This document shows positions 9,847-18,788 of a stretch of DNA of 53,956 nt, piece after piece. The notes under the pieces were generated by a model. That model had not been told where the DNA came from and did no database searches. It was given only the letters and a program-made list of their open reading frames with translations. This stretch comes from an uncultured Planctomycetaceae bacterium (GTDB lineage Bacteria; Planctomycetota; Planctomycetia; Planctomycetales; Planctomycetaceae). The position numbers were made by a program, and so were the translations under genes. The stretch lies in contig CAXBME010000040.1 of assembly GCA_963976765.1 (NCBI GenBank), positions 1 through 53,956 on the forward strand, written 5' to 3'. Position 1 is the first letter of the stretch; each line of letters opens with the position of its first letter.

Positions 9847-10035
9847 ATTCGGAACTCGTTCACGCAGCGGCACAGGTTGTGCGAAACCTGTTGTCGTGGT
9901 CGAATCGGCGGTTGAATGTTGCTTCCTCGAAACATTCAACCGAATTCCGCCGCAATGTGTGTTGCGATTTTGCAACATGCTTTACGAAGTGTTCGCCGGA
10001 TTTTCCGCGACCACGTCGCTTCCGTGGAGTTTCGC

Positions 10036-10371
10036 ATGCTTCTGAAATCAACGGTCTACGCAATTGTTGGAACACTCTGTCAGGGCGCTTTGTCGGCACA
10101 GGCTGCGGACTGGGAATTCCGGCAGTCCTGGTTCAGCGACTCGCCAGCGGTGGCGTATCGGCACGCCGGACCAGACACAGCGTACGCCGTGTCGCCTCTT
10201 CCGCTGCATGCGATGCCGAATTCACGAAGCGCCTACCGACCAGCAATTCCTCAACGTGGCCCCGGATTCTCCATTCGTGCCAAAAACCGATGGAACATTT
10301 ACCGGCTCAACAGCGGCCAAAGTTACGACACGACGATCTACCGTGAGTTCAGCTTCGAAGAGACGCCGTAG
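10036..10371 (+). CDS. Hypothetical secreted protein
   Basis: GGAG upstream of ATG; signal-peptide-like MLLKSTVYAIVGTLCQGALSAQA. Confidence 0.6.
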   Translation: MLLKSTVYAIVGTLCQGALSAQAADWEFRQSWFSDSPAVAYRHAGPDTAYAVSPLPLHAMPNSRSAYRPAIPQRGPGFSIRAKNRWNIYRLNSGQSYDTTIYREFSFEETP

Positions 10372-10406
10372 TTCAGGTGGGCAGGTTTCGGACTCATGTT
10401 CTGATC

Positions 10407-10474
10407 CTCAGGCAAGGCGCTAAAACGCGAGGAAGACATCTGCAAAACTTCGTGGCTTAGTGTCTTCGCGTGAG
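10407..10474. repeat. Intergenic imperfect palindrome between convergent genes
   Basis: CTCAGGCAAGGCGCTAAAACGCGAGG ... CTTCGTGGCTTAGTGTCTTCGCGTGAG. Confidence 0.55.
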
Positions 10475-10509
10475 TCCACAACCTGTTCGACAAATCAGAC
10501 CATGACCTG

Positions 10510-11700
10510 CTAAGTAATACCGTGGTCGTCGTTCACTTTTCGTTTTGCTGAAAATGTCGAACCGCGTTGAATGGCGGCTCCACCGAATTTTTCTTTGATC
10601 GCGTCGGTGGTTGAGTCGATTTCGGAATCGCGTTCCGAGTGATCATCGAACAGCGTTTTCTGTCGCTCGCGATTCTTTGCCAGCGAACTCAGCCCGATGC
10701 CAATCAGCCGGACCGGTTGAGCTTGCAGATCGACTCGAGTCAGCAGGTGCTCGGAAACGGCGTCCCAGATTTCAGCCGTCGAGTGCGAAGGGCTGGGCAG
10801 CGAGTGTGCTCGCGAAATAGTTCGGAAGTCGTTGTATCGAACTTTCAGGTGAATCGTTTTTCCGAACAGCTTGTGGCGACGCAGCCGCCTGGCAACCTGC
10901 TCGGTCAGGTCAAGCAGGCACGAACGGAGAACTTCGACATTGGTTATGTCGACCGGGAAGGTTGTTTCATGTGAGATTGATTTTGCTTCGCGGTCCGGAA
11001 CGACGCTGCGGTTGTCGCGACCGTGAGCCAGCTCGTGAAGATGGTTGGCGGTCGAATCTCCAAAGCACTGACGCAATGAGGCGAGCGGCGTTTTGCGCAG
11101 ACGTTCGACCGTGGTGACGCCAATCTTCGCCAGCATTTCTTCCGCGCGTTTGCCGACTCCCCAGATTCGCTTGACGGGTAGCGGGTCGAGGAACTCCTGA
11201 ATGTCGTCTGCGGGAACCTCGACGAAACCATTCGGTTTCTTCAGGTCGCTGGCGATCTTGGCGAGAAACTTGTTCGGCGCGACGCCGATCGACGCGACAA
11301 GGCGAGTCTCATTCCAGATGTCGCTCTGAATCTTTCGACCGATTTCAGCAGCCGAGCCGAACAGTTTCTCGCTGCCGCGTGCATCGAGAAAAGCTTCGTC
11401 CAGCGAAAGCGGTTCAACCAGTGGTGTGTACCGATGAAAGATTTCTCGAATCTGTCGCGAGATCGCCGCGTAATGATCCATCCGAACCGGCAGCACGATC
11501 GCACGAGGGCAGTAACGCAAGGCTGTGACCATCGGCAGAGCGCTGTGGACTCCATATTTCCGGGCAACGTAATTCGCCGCTGAAACAACTCCACGCCCTT
11601 CACGCGAACCTCCGACGATGACCGGCTTCCCGACAAGTTCAGGCCGATCGCGTTCTTCTACCGACGCGTAAAACGCGTCCATGTCGACATGCAGAATCAC
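10510..11700 (-). CDS. dinB: DNA polymerase IV (Y family)
   Basis: ILHVDMDAFYASVE, SAANYVAR, SLDEAFLD, KFLAKIASD. Confidence 0.97.
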   Translation of the reverse strand: MILHVDMDAFYASVEERDRPELVGKPVIVGGSREGRGVVSAANYVARKYGVHSALPMVTALRYCPRAIVLPVRMDHYAAISRQIREIFHRYTPLVEPLSLDEAFLDARGSEKLFGSAAEIGRKIQSDIWNETRLVASIGVAPNKFLAKIASDLKKPNGFVEVPADDIQEFLDPLPVKRIWGVGKRAEEMLAKIGVTTVERLRKTPLASLRQCFGDSTANHLHELAHGRDNRSVVPDREAKSISHETTFPVDITNVEVLRSCLLDLTEQVARRLRRHKLFGKTIHLKVRYNDFRTISRAHSLPSPSHSTAEIWDAVSEHLLTRVDLQAQPVRLIGIGLSSLAKNRERQKTLFDDHSERDSEIDSTTDAIKEKFGGAAIQRGSTFSAKRKVNDDHGIT

Positions 11701-11859
11701 GGTGGAGGAAGCCTTGTTTCAGCAGATCATGTTCAGGATGGTGATTTGTTTGGCGCCTTTGCGATGGCCTCATTCTGTCGAGTCAGTTTCACAGGCCAAA
11801 GCATCAATCGCTATGCTTCTGATTCATTTTCACGATTTCGAATCAGCAAGGCGTAAGAA

Positions 11860-14800
11860 ATGCGAAACTCTTTGTGTCACGCAGTTGGCTGCTGCTGCCT
11901 GTTCTCCTGTTTTCTGCAGACGCCTTACGCCTTCGGTCAGCAGCTGGTTTCGCCTCTTGAACGTGAACTGCTGAGCGTTCCCGCTACGACACTCGCCGAC
12001 GAGGCCACTCGGTTTGGTGACGCCAAACGTGGAGCCGTGCTGTTTTATCAGCCGCAGATGGCGTGTCGACAGTGCCACTCGGTGGATGGTTCAAAGTCAC
12101 CGCTCGGCCCCGCACTTTCGGAGAAACGCCCCGACGCGACGGATGCGTTTCTCGTCGAATCCGTGCTGACACCTTCGAAGTCGATCCGCAAAGAATTCCA
12201 GGCGGCGGTCGTTGTCACGGACGATGGCAAAGTGATCATCGGGCTGGTGGTTGAAGAATCGCCCGAGAAGGTCGTTCTGCAAGAAGGACGACCGCTTGGA
12301 AAGTTGCTTGAGATTCCTCGATCCAGCATCGACGAGTTCAAGTCGATCAATCAGTCGATCATGCCTCCAGGCCAGATGGGAACGCTGGCGAGTCGTCAGC
12401 AGTTTCTCGACCTGATTCGTTACTTGATTGAAATTCGAGACGGTGGAGCGTTGCGTGCCAAAGAGCTGGAGCCGCCCGAGTCGCTCTACGCAATCCGCAT
12501 TCCGGAATACGAAAATGACATCGATCACGCAGCAATGATCGCGGACCTGGATGATGCCGCGTTCAAACGCGGACAGGCGATCTACAGCCGGCTCTGTGTG
12601 AACTGTCACGGCACTCACGACAAGCCTGGATCGTTACCGACATCGCTGCGGTTTGCGACGGGCAGGTTTCGCAGCGGTTCCGATCCGCACACGATGTATC
12701 AGACGCTGACTCGCGGCTTCGGGATGATGATCGCGCAGACGTGGATGGTTCCACAGCAGAAGTACGACGTCATCCACTACGTGCGCGAGGCGTATCTCAA
12801 AGAGCACAACCCGACGCAGCATTTTTCCATTTCCGACGAGTATCTGGCCGGACTGCCGAAAGGTAAATCACGAGGGCCGGAACCCGTGCAGAACGAACCG
12901 TGGATCACGATGGACTATGGCCCGAGCCTCGTGAACACCTACGAAGTCGGCAACGACGCCTCCAACTTTGCCTACAAGGGGATCGCCGTGCGGCTGGATC
13001 CGGGACCAGGCGGAATTTCGCGAGGGCGGTCGTGGATGATTCTCGATCATGACACGATGCGAATGGCGGCGGCATGGGCCGGCGATGGATTTATCGACTG
13101 GCAGGGTATCCACATGAACGGCCGCCACAATATTCACCCGAGAATCCAAGGCGACGTTCACCTCGCCAATCCAACCGGATCTGGCTGGGCAAATCCAGAG
13201 AACGGATCGTTTGGCGACCCCAGACTCCACGGCCGTGACGATCGCCTGTACGGGCCGCTGCCTCGAAAGTGGGCACACCTGAAAGGTATCTACCACCACG
13301 GTCAGAAAACGATCGTCGAGTACACAGTCGGGGACACGCTCGTTCGTGAGATGCCGGGTCTGGGAACGATCATTAGCGACGACGCTAAGGGAGCCCCTGT
13401 CTTTACTCGAACATTCAACATCGGGTCGCGATCGCGGGACATGATCCTGAAAGTTGCCCAAGTTTCTGAAGGAAGCGAGATTCTGGCAACGCTGGATCAG
13501 AAGACTCAAGGTCTCGCAGTGTCGCACGGGCTTTCCGTCGACAGCAGACAACAAGCAGCAACGAACTCGACGGCGTTGAAGTTTGACGGGAAGACGTATG
13601 TCGAAATCGCGGACTCCCGCCAGTTCGACACAACGACTAAAGATTTCACGATCACCGCCCGGATTCGCACAACGTCGGGCGGCACTATCTTCAGTCGAAC
13701 CAGAACCGGCGACAAATGGGTGCCGGACGGTCAAACGTTTTTCGTGCGCAATGGTCAGCTTGCTTTTGACATCGGCTGGGTGGGAGCCGTGCAGGCGGGC
13801 CGTCGAGTCGCTAACGGAAAATGGCACGACGTGGCCGTCACCTGGGACGCAAAGACGAGACAGGTCCAGCTGTTTGTCGACGGAAAACCGGAACAGACTC
13901 GCGAGTTGGCCACGCAAAAGCCGCTGCGTGATGCGGTACTGAGAATTGGATTCACCAATGAAAACTTCCCTGGCCCTCAGTCATTCTTCGACGGCGATCT
14001 TCGCGACGTTCGGTTTTATCAGCGACGGTTGAGCGATGTCGAATTGGGAAAACCTGACTTATTGCCTGTTGGCAAGGCTCAGATTGCACATTGGAAACTT
14101 GACGGAACAAACACCGCCGCGAAAAAGTCCGACGAAGATTCAAGCGAAACGGTGCTCGACTCGTCAGGCAATAATCATTCGGGGCAGATTCATTCGGGTG
14201 GCAACTCGGCCAAAGAAGATCAGCAGCTTGCTGCGGGGATCCTGCCCGCGATTCCGGGGGCGATGTTTGAGTCGCTCAATGATGGATCGCTGACCCTCAA
14301 ACTGCCTGCTGGTGATGAACCGCTGCGATTCACGTTGTGGTCTCGACGGCAGAATTCCGAAATAAGTCTCAAAGAGATGACTGCCGAATTCGTGATTGAA
14401 GACGCAGACGCCGATCTTTCAAAGCGGCTGAACGGCGGCCCCGCTCGCTGGCCGACGAAGCTCGCGACGACTCCAGTCATCGGTTCTGATGATGGAGCTT
14501 TCGCCGTCGACGTTCTTACTCACCCGGCAGACAACCCGTGGCTCGCGCAGACACGGTTGACGGGTTTCGACTTCCTGCCCGACGGTGACCAGGTCGCCGT
14601 TTGCGCGTGGGATGGCGACGTCTGGATGGTCAGTGGCTTGTCTCAATTACCGAATGACCACTCGGAATTATCGGTCGACAATCCTCCGAAGCTGACCTGG
14701 CAGCGGATCGCGTCCGGCCTGTTTCAACCGCTCGGTCTGAAGTATGTCGACGGAAAGATTTTCGTGACCTGTCGCGATCAGATCACGATCCTGCACGACC

Positions 14801-15852
14801 GCAATGGAGACGGTGAAACGGACTTCTACGAAAACTTCAACAACGACCACCAGGTTACAGACCATTTCCACGAGTTCGCGATGGGTCTGCAAACGGACGC
14901 CGACGGCAACTTTTATTATGCAAAGTCGGCTCGGCACGCGTTGAAGGCGCTGGTGCCTCATCACGGAACGCTGCTTCGAGTCAGCAAGGACGGCTCGAAA
15001 ACAGACATCATCGCAGCAGGATTTCGAGCGGCGAATGGCGTCTGCCTGAACCCGGACGGCTCGTTCATCGTCACCGACCAGGAAGGGCACTGGAATCCGA
15101 AAAACCGTATCAACTGGGTCCGCGAGGGCGGCTTCTACGGAAACATGTTCGGCTATCACGACGTGACAGACTCATCGAACGAGGCGATGGAGCAGCCGCT
15201 CTGCTGGATTACCAACGCGTTCGATCGGTCACCGGCTGAGCTGTTGTGGTGCGACTCGGAAGCGTGGGGGCCGTTCAAGGGGATGCTGCTGAATCTGTCG
15301 TACGGGTATGGAAAAATCTTCGTCGTCCCTCATGAAGAATTGAGCGGCCAGATGCAGGGCGGCATGTGTGAGCTGCCCGTTCCACAGTTTCCCACCGGTC
15401 TGATGCGAGGACGCTTTAACCCGCACGACGGTCAGCTTTATGCCTGCGGAATGGTCGCCTGGGGCAGTGCTCAGCAACAGTCCGGCGGCATCTACCGAAT
15501 CCGTTACACCGGCAAGCCGGCTTACTTACCGCTCAACCTGAAGGCGGCACCGCGCCGAGTCACTATCGCCCTGTCCGACCCGGTCAACAAAAAATCTGCG
15601 GCCGACTCGAAGAACTACCGCATCAAAGTCTGGGCACTCAAACGGTCCGCCAACTACGGATCGAAACATTACGACGAGCACGAGTTGACGATCGAATCAG
15701 CATCCGTTGCCGACGACGGCAGAATGATCGAATTAGTCGTCCCCGACGTGGCTCCAACATGGGGTATGGAAATTCGATACGCGTTGAGAGGTGCAAACGG
15801 CGAGTCAGCCTCCGGCGTGATTCACAACACGATTCACAGACTCGGGAAGTGA
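11860..15852 (+). CDS. Large secreted c-type heme protein with LamG-like domain and C-terminal dehydrogenase-like beta-propeller (PVC/DUF6797-like)
   Basis: Signal peptide; CRQCH and CVNCH heme motifs; LamG motif WHDVAVTWD..LFVDG..FDGDLRDVRFYQR. Confidence 0.75.
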   Translation: MRNSLCHAVGCCCLFSCFLQTPYAFGQQLVSPLERELLSVPATTLADEATRFGDAKRGAVLFYQPQMACRQCHSVDGSKSPLGPALSEKRPDATDAFLVESVLTPSKSIRKEFQAAVVVTDDGKVIIGLVVEESPEKVVLQEGRPLGKLLEIPRSSIDEFKSINQSIMPPGQMGTLASRQQFLDLIRYLIEIRDGGALRAKELEPPESLYAIRIPEYENDIDHAAMIADLDDAAFKRGQAIYSRLCVNCHGTHDKPGSLPTSLRFATGRFRSGSDPHTMYQTLTRGFGMMIAQTWMVPQQKYDVIHYVREAYLKEHNPTQHFSISDEYLAGLPKGKSRGPEPVQNEPWITMDYGPSLVNTYEVGNDASNFAYKGIAVRLDPGPGGISRGRSWMILDHDTMRMAAAWAGDGFIDWQGIHMNGRHNIHPRIQGDVHLANPTGSGWANPENGSFGDPRLHGRDDRLYGPLPRKWAHLKGIYHHGQKTIVEYTVGDTLVREMPGLGTIISDDAKGAPVFTRTFNIGSRSRDMILKVAQVSEGSEILATLDQKTQGLAVSHGLSVDSRQQAATNSTALKFDGKTYVEIADSRQFDTTTKDFTITARIRTTSGGTIFSRTRTGDKWVPDGQTFFVRNGQLAFDIGWVGAVQAGRRVANGKWHDVAVTWDAKTRQVQLFVDGKPEQTRELATQKPLRDAVLRIGFTNENFPGPQSFFDGDLRDVRFYQRRLSDVELGKPDLLPVGKAQIAHWKLDGTNTAAKKSDEDSSETVLDSSGNNHSGQIHSGGNSAKEDQQLAAGILPAIPGAMFESLNDGSLTLKLPAGDEPLRFTLWSRRQNSEISLKEMTAEFVIEDADADLSKRLNGGPARWPTKLATTPVIGSDDGAFAVDVLTHPADNPWLAQTRLTGFDFLPDGDQVAVCAWDGDVWMVSGLSQLPNDHSELSVDNPPKLTWQRIASGLFQPLGLKYVDGKIFVTCRDQITILHDRNGDGETDFYENFNNDHQVTDHFHEFAMGLQTDADGNFYYAKSARHALKALVPHHGTLLRVSKDGSKTDIIAAGFRAANGVCLNPDGSFIVTDQEGHWNPKNRINWVREGGFYGNMFGYHDVTDSSNEAMEQPLCWITNAFDRSPAELLWCDSEAWGPFKGMLLNLSYGYGKIFVVPHEELSGQMQGGMCELPVPQFPTGLMRGRFNPHDGQLYACGMVAWGSAQQQSGGIYRIRYTGKPAYLPLNLKAAPRRVTIALSDPVNKKSAADSKNYRIKVWALKRSANYGSKHYDEHELTIESASVADDGRMIELVVPDVAPTWGMEIRYALRGANGESASGVIHNTIHRLGK

Positions 15853-15872
15853 CATGCCCTGTGCTGGCGAGA

Positions 15873-16958
15873 TCAATTGCCTCTCAGTTTGGTCAGCGTT
15901 TCCTGCATGTCGTCTGGCAATGGTGCTTCGAAGGCGATGGGCATCTGCATGATGGGATGGTCGAGCTGGATCGATGCGGCGTGGAGAGCGTGCCTTCGAA
16001 GTGGCAGGTTCGGGTCGTAGAATGGTTCGTTTGAATCGGCGTCTGTGGGGGCAGCGTCGAAGTCTGGCTCAGCGAACGTCGTTTCTTCGTCAGACAACTC
16101 CAGCGGAGTGCCGTCTTTGATGACGCCGAAACGGTCGTAGAACTCGTCGGCCAGCAGCGGGTAGCCGATCTCGGCGAAGTGGATGCGGATCTGGTGGTGT
16201 CTTCCGGTTAGCGGTCGAGCTTCCACCAGCGTGTAATCGCGGAAACGTTCCAGAACCTGAAAACGGGTTCGAGCCGATTTTGGATCGACGGCGATCGGTT
16301 TAGCGCAACTCAGCGTGCAGTTGGGGTTAGGGACGACTCCGATGGGCAGGTCGATCAGGCCGGAGTCTTCAGACAGGCGGCCTCGGAGAATCGCGATGTA
16401 GGTTTTTGAAATCTCGCCACGCGTGAACTGCTGAGTCAATTTTCGATGCGGGAGATGATGCTTCGGGACGATCATGACTCCGCTGGTTTGACGATCGATG
16501 CGATGCACGATTCCTGGTCGAATCAGGCCGGGTAATGGAGTGTGCTGGTCGAAGTAAAACTGGATCGCGTTCAGCAGCGTCTTTCCTTCGAATTCGCCGC
16601 CGGGGTGAGCGATCTGACCAGGCGGTTTATTAACGGCGAGCAACCAGGGATCTTCGTAGATCACTTCCAGCGGCAATGGAGCCGGAACAGCGACATGGTC
16701 GGGAGGGCTGACCAGTTTGATCCGGATCAGTTCGTTCGGGCGGACGCGGTGTGAAGTCTCGGCAGGAGCATCGTTCACGGTAACGCAACCGGCTTTGAGC
16801 ATTCGCTGCAGGCGGAACGGCGAGTAGTTCCTGAGATGTTTGCCCAGAAACGTGTCGATCCTTTTCCCGCCGAAGAACGGTTCAACGATAAATTCACAGA
16901 CCAGCGGACCGCTGTAAGGACCGGTCGATGATTGGCCGAATGTTAGTTCCTGTGCCAC
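15873..16958 (-). CDS. RluA/RluD family pseudouridine synthase
   Basis: S4 domain, VNKPPG, HRIDRQTSG catalytic motif, TGRHHQIRIH, LHA. Confidence 0.95.
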   Translation of the reverse strand: MAQELTFGQSSTGPYSGPLVCEFIVEPFFGGKRIDTFLGKHLRNYSPFRLQRMLKAGCVTVNDAPAETSHRVRPNELIRIKLVSPPDHVAVPAPLPLEVIYEDPWLLAVNKPPGQIAHPGGEFEGKTLLNAIQFYFDQHTPLPGLIRPGIVHRIDRQTSGVMIVPKHHLPHRKLTQQFTRGEISKTYIAILRGRLSEDSGLIDLPIGVVPNPNCTLSCAKPIAVDPKSARTRFQVLERFRDYTLVEARPLTGRHHQIRIHFAEIGYPLLADEFYDRFGVIKDGTPLELSDEETTFAEPDFDAAPTDADSNEPFYDPNLPLRRHALHAASIQLDHPIMQMPIAFEAPLPDDMQETLTKLRGN

Positions 16959-16991
16959 TCTCGCCTCAGTTGCTGGCAGGTGAGCGACGAC

Positions 16992-18110
16992 TTATTCGCG
17001 ACCGATCGTCCAGCGAAGGTACGCCTCGATGAATGAATCGAGGTTCTCGCCGTTGAGCACGTTCATTGGGTTGCCGTACTTGTGGCCCGTCCGAGCATCT
17101 TTGACATACTGATCCGGATGCAGGACGTAATGGCGAATCGTTTCTCCACCAAAACCGATGCGTGACTTCGCGCCACGTTTGGCGGCGTTCTCGGCATCGC
17201 GTTTGTCTTTTTCAACCTGGTACAGTCGCGCCGCCAGCATCTTGCGAGCCTGCGCGCGATTCTTGTGCTGACTTCGCTGGCTCTGACACTGCACGACTTC
17301 GCCCGATGGAATGTGCGTCAGGCGGATCGCGGAATCCGTTTTGTTGACGTGCTGGCCGCCGGCTCCGCTGGAGCGATAAGTGTCCTCCCGAACGATCTTG
17401 TCATCCGCAAAATCAATATCGATTCCGATGGCATCGTCGATTTCAGGAGTTGCATCGACGGCTGCGAATGACGTCTGACGCCGACCTGCGGAGTCGAACG
17501 GGCTGATGCGGATCAGACGGTGAACGCCGATTTCGGCCTTCATGTATCCGTAAACGTAGTCGCCACGGATGGCGATCGTCGCGCTGCGGATGCCGGCTTC
17601 TTCCCCTGGCGACAGGTCCAGCTCTTCAACCTTGAAGCCCTTCAGCTCGGCCCAGCGAGCGTACATGCGAAGCAGCATTTCGGCCCAGTCCGCCGCGTCG
17701 GTGCCACCTTCACCCGCCTGAATCTGAACGTAGGCGCCGCATGTGTCTTCAGGCTCGCCCATCATCGCTTTCAGCTCGACCTGCTCAAGGTCGACTTCGA
17801 TGCGTTCGATCTGCCGTTGGATTTCGTTGAGATTCTCGTCCGAATCGTCCTCTTCGGCGAACTCGACGAGGATTTCCAGCTCTTCGGCGCCTTGCACCAG
17901 AGCTTTCAATGGTTTGATCGATGCGTTGAGACTGCTGAGTTCCGTCGTTGTTTTCTGTGCCGTTTCTGAATCGTCCCAGAAACCGGGCGCGGCCATCCTC
18001 TCGTTGATTTCGGCCAGGCGATTCTGCTGACCTTCCAGGTCGAGGGAGGCCTTGAGATGGGCAATCCGCTCAAGCAGATCTTCACAGCTCTGTTTGAGTT
18101 CCGCTTCCAT
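16992..18110 (-). CDS. prfB: Peptide chain release factor 2, single continuous frame
   Basis: SPF (RISPFD) and GGQ (GAGGQHVN) motifs; FWDD; no internal stop. Confidence 0.97.
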   Translation of the reverse strand: MEAELKQSCEDLLERIAHLKASLDLEGQQNRLAEINERMAAPGFWDDSETAQKTTTELSSLNASIKPLKALVQGAEELEILVEFAEEDDSDENLNEIQRQIERIEVDLEQVELKAMMGEPEDTCGAYVQIQAGEGGTDAADWAEMLLRMYARWAELKGFKVEELDLSPGEEAGIRSATIAIRGDYVYGYMKAEIGVHRLIRISPFDSAGRRQTSFAAVDATPEIDDAIGIDIDFADDKIVREDTYRSSGAGGQHVNKTDSAIRLTHIPSGEVVQCQSQRSQHKNRAQARKMLAARLYQVEKDKRDAENAAKRGAKSRIGFGGETIRHYVLHPDQYVKDARTGHKYGNPMNVLNGENLDSFIEAYLRWTIGRE

Positions 18111-18245
18111 CCTCTGAAACCTCGTTGTGCGTTTTCGCGCGAATTAATTTGCTGAATGACGACGAAGGGGCGGATTATAGCCGTGCCCGACCGGGAGTCA
18201 CGCGAGCCGGAACTCGTCGATCTCACGCCGGAAACGCTCGGTCCG

Positions 18246-18641
18246 TCAGAACATCTGCCCGACATCGGCAGCGTCGAAGGCGTTGACAAAGTGCTCTATT
18301 ATCGGAGTTTTCTCGCCGTCAGGCCACACGACGGAAACAACATCAAAACGAGTTCGATGCTCGAGCAGTTTTTTTTTCTTCAACCAGTACAGCGCAGCCT
18401 TCGTCAGATTCTGCTGTTTTTTCTTCGTGACTGCTTCGGTGGGGTGCCCGTGCTCGCTGGACTTGCGAGTTTTGACTTCGACAAAAACAACAGTATCCCC
18501 GTCCAGGCAAATGAGGTCGAGTTCACCCCATCTGGTTGAAAACTGCCGTGCGAGAATCCGCATTCGTTTTTCACGACGCAGAAACTTCCCGGCGGCTCGT
18601 TCGCCGCGATCTCCAAGCAGCTTTCGAAACATGCCGGACAA
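18246..18641 (-). CDS. YraN/UPF0102 family nuclease-fold protein
   Basis: LGDRGE..A, GELDLI, VFVEVKTR, RFDVV; alternative ATG at 18632. Confidence 0.92.
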   Translation of the reverse strand: MSGMFRKLLGDRGERAAGKFLRREKRMRILARQFSTRWGELDLICLDGDTVVFVEVKTRKSSEHGHPTEAVTKKKQQNLTKAALYWLKKKKLLEHRTRFDVVSVVWPDGEKTPIIEHFVNAFDAADVGQMF

Positions 18642-18668
18642 GTGAACGAATCCTGAATGAATAATTCT

Positions 18669-18689
18669 GTAGGTCAGGCTTTGCCTGAC
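18669..18689. repeat. GTAG-type REP-like palindrome
   Basis: GTAG-GTCAGGC-TTT-GCCTGAC. Confidence 0.5.
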
Positions 18690-18788
18690 TTACTCAAAGG
18701 GAGTATCAGGTTACCCGACAGATTCTCTACGACTACCATGATCTTTTCGTTTTGACTGGCGACCGTCCGATCGAGATTTGTTCTACCG

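Noticed and set aside
18246..18641. YraN as a defence or CRISPR-linked nuclease
   Set aside because: Widespread housekeeping-context gene, 33 kb from the array.
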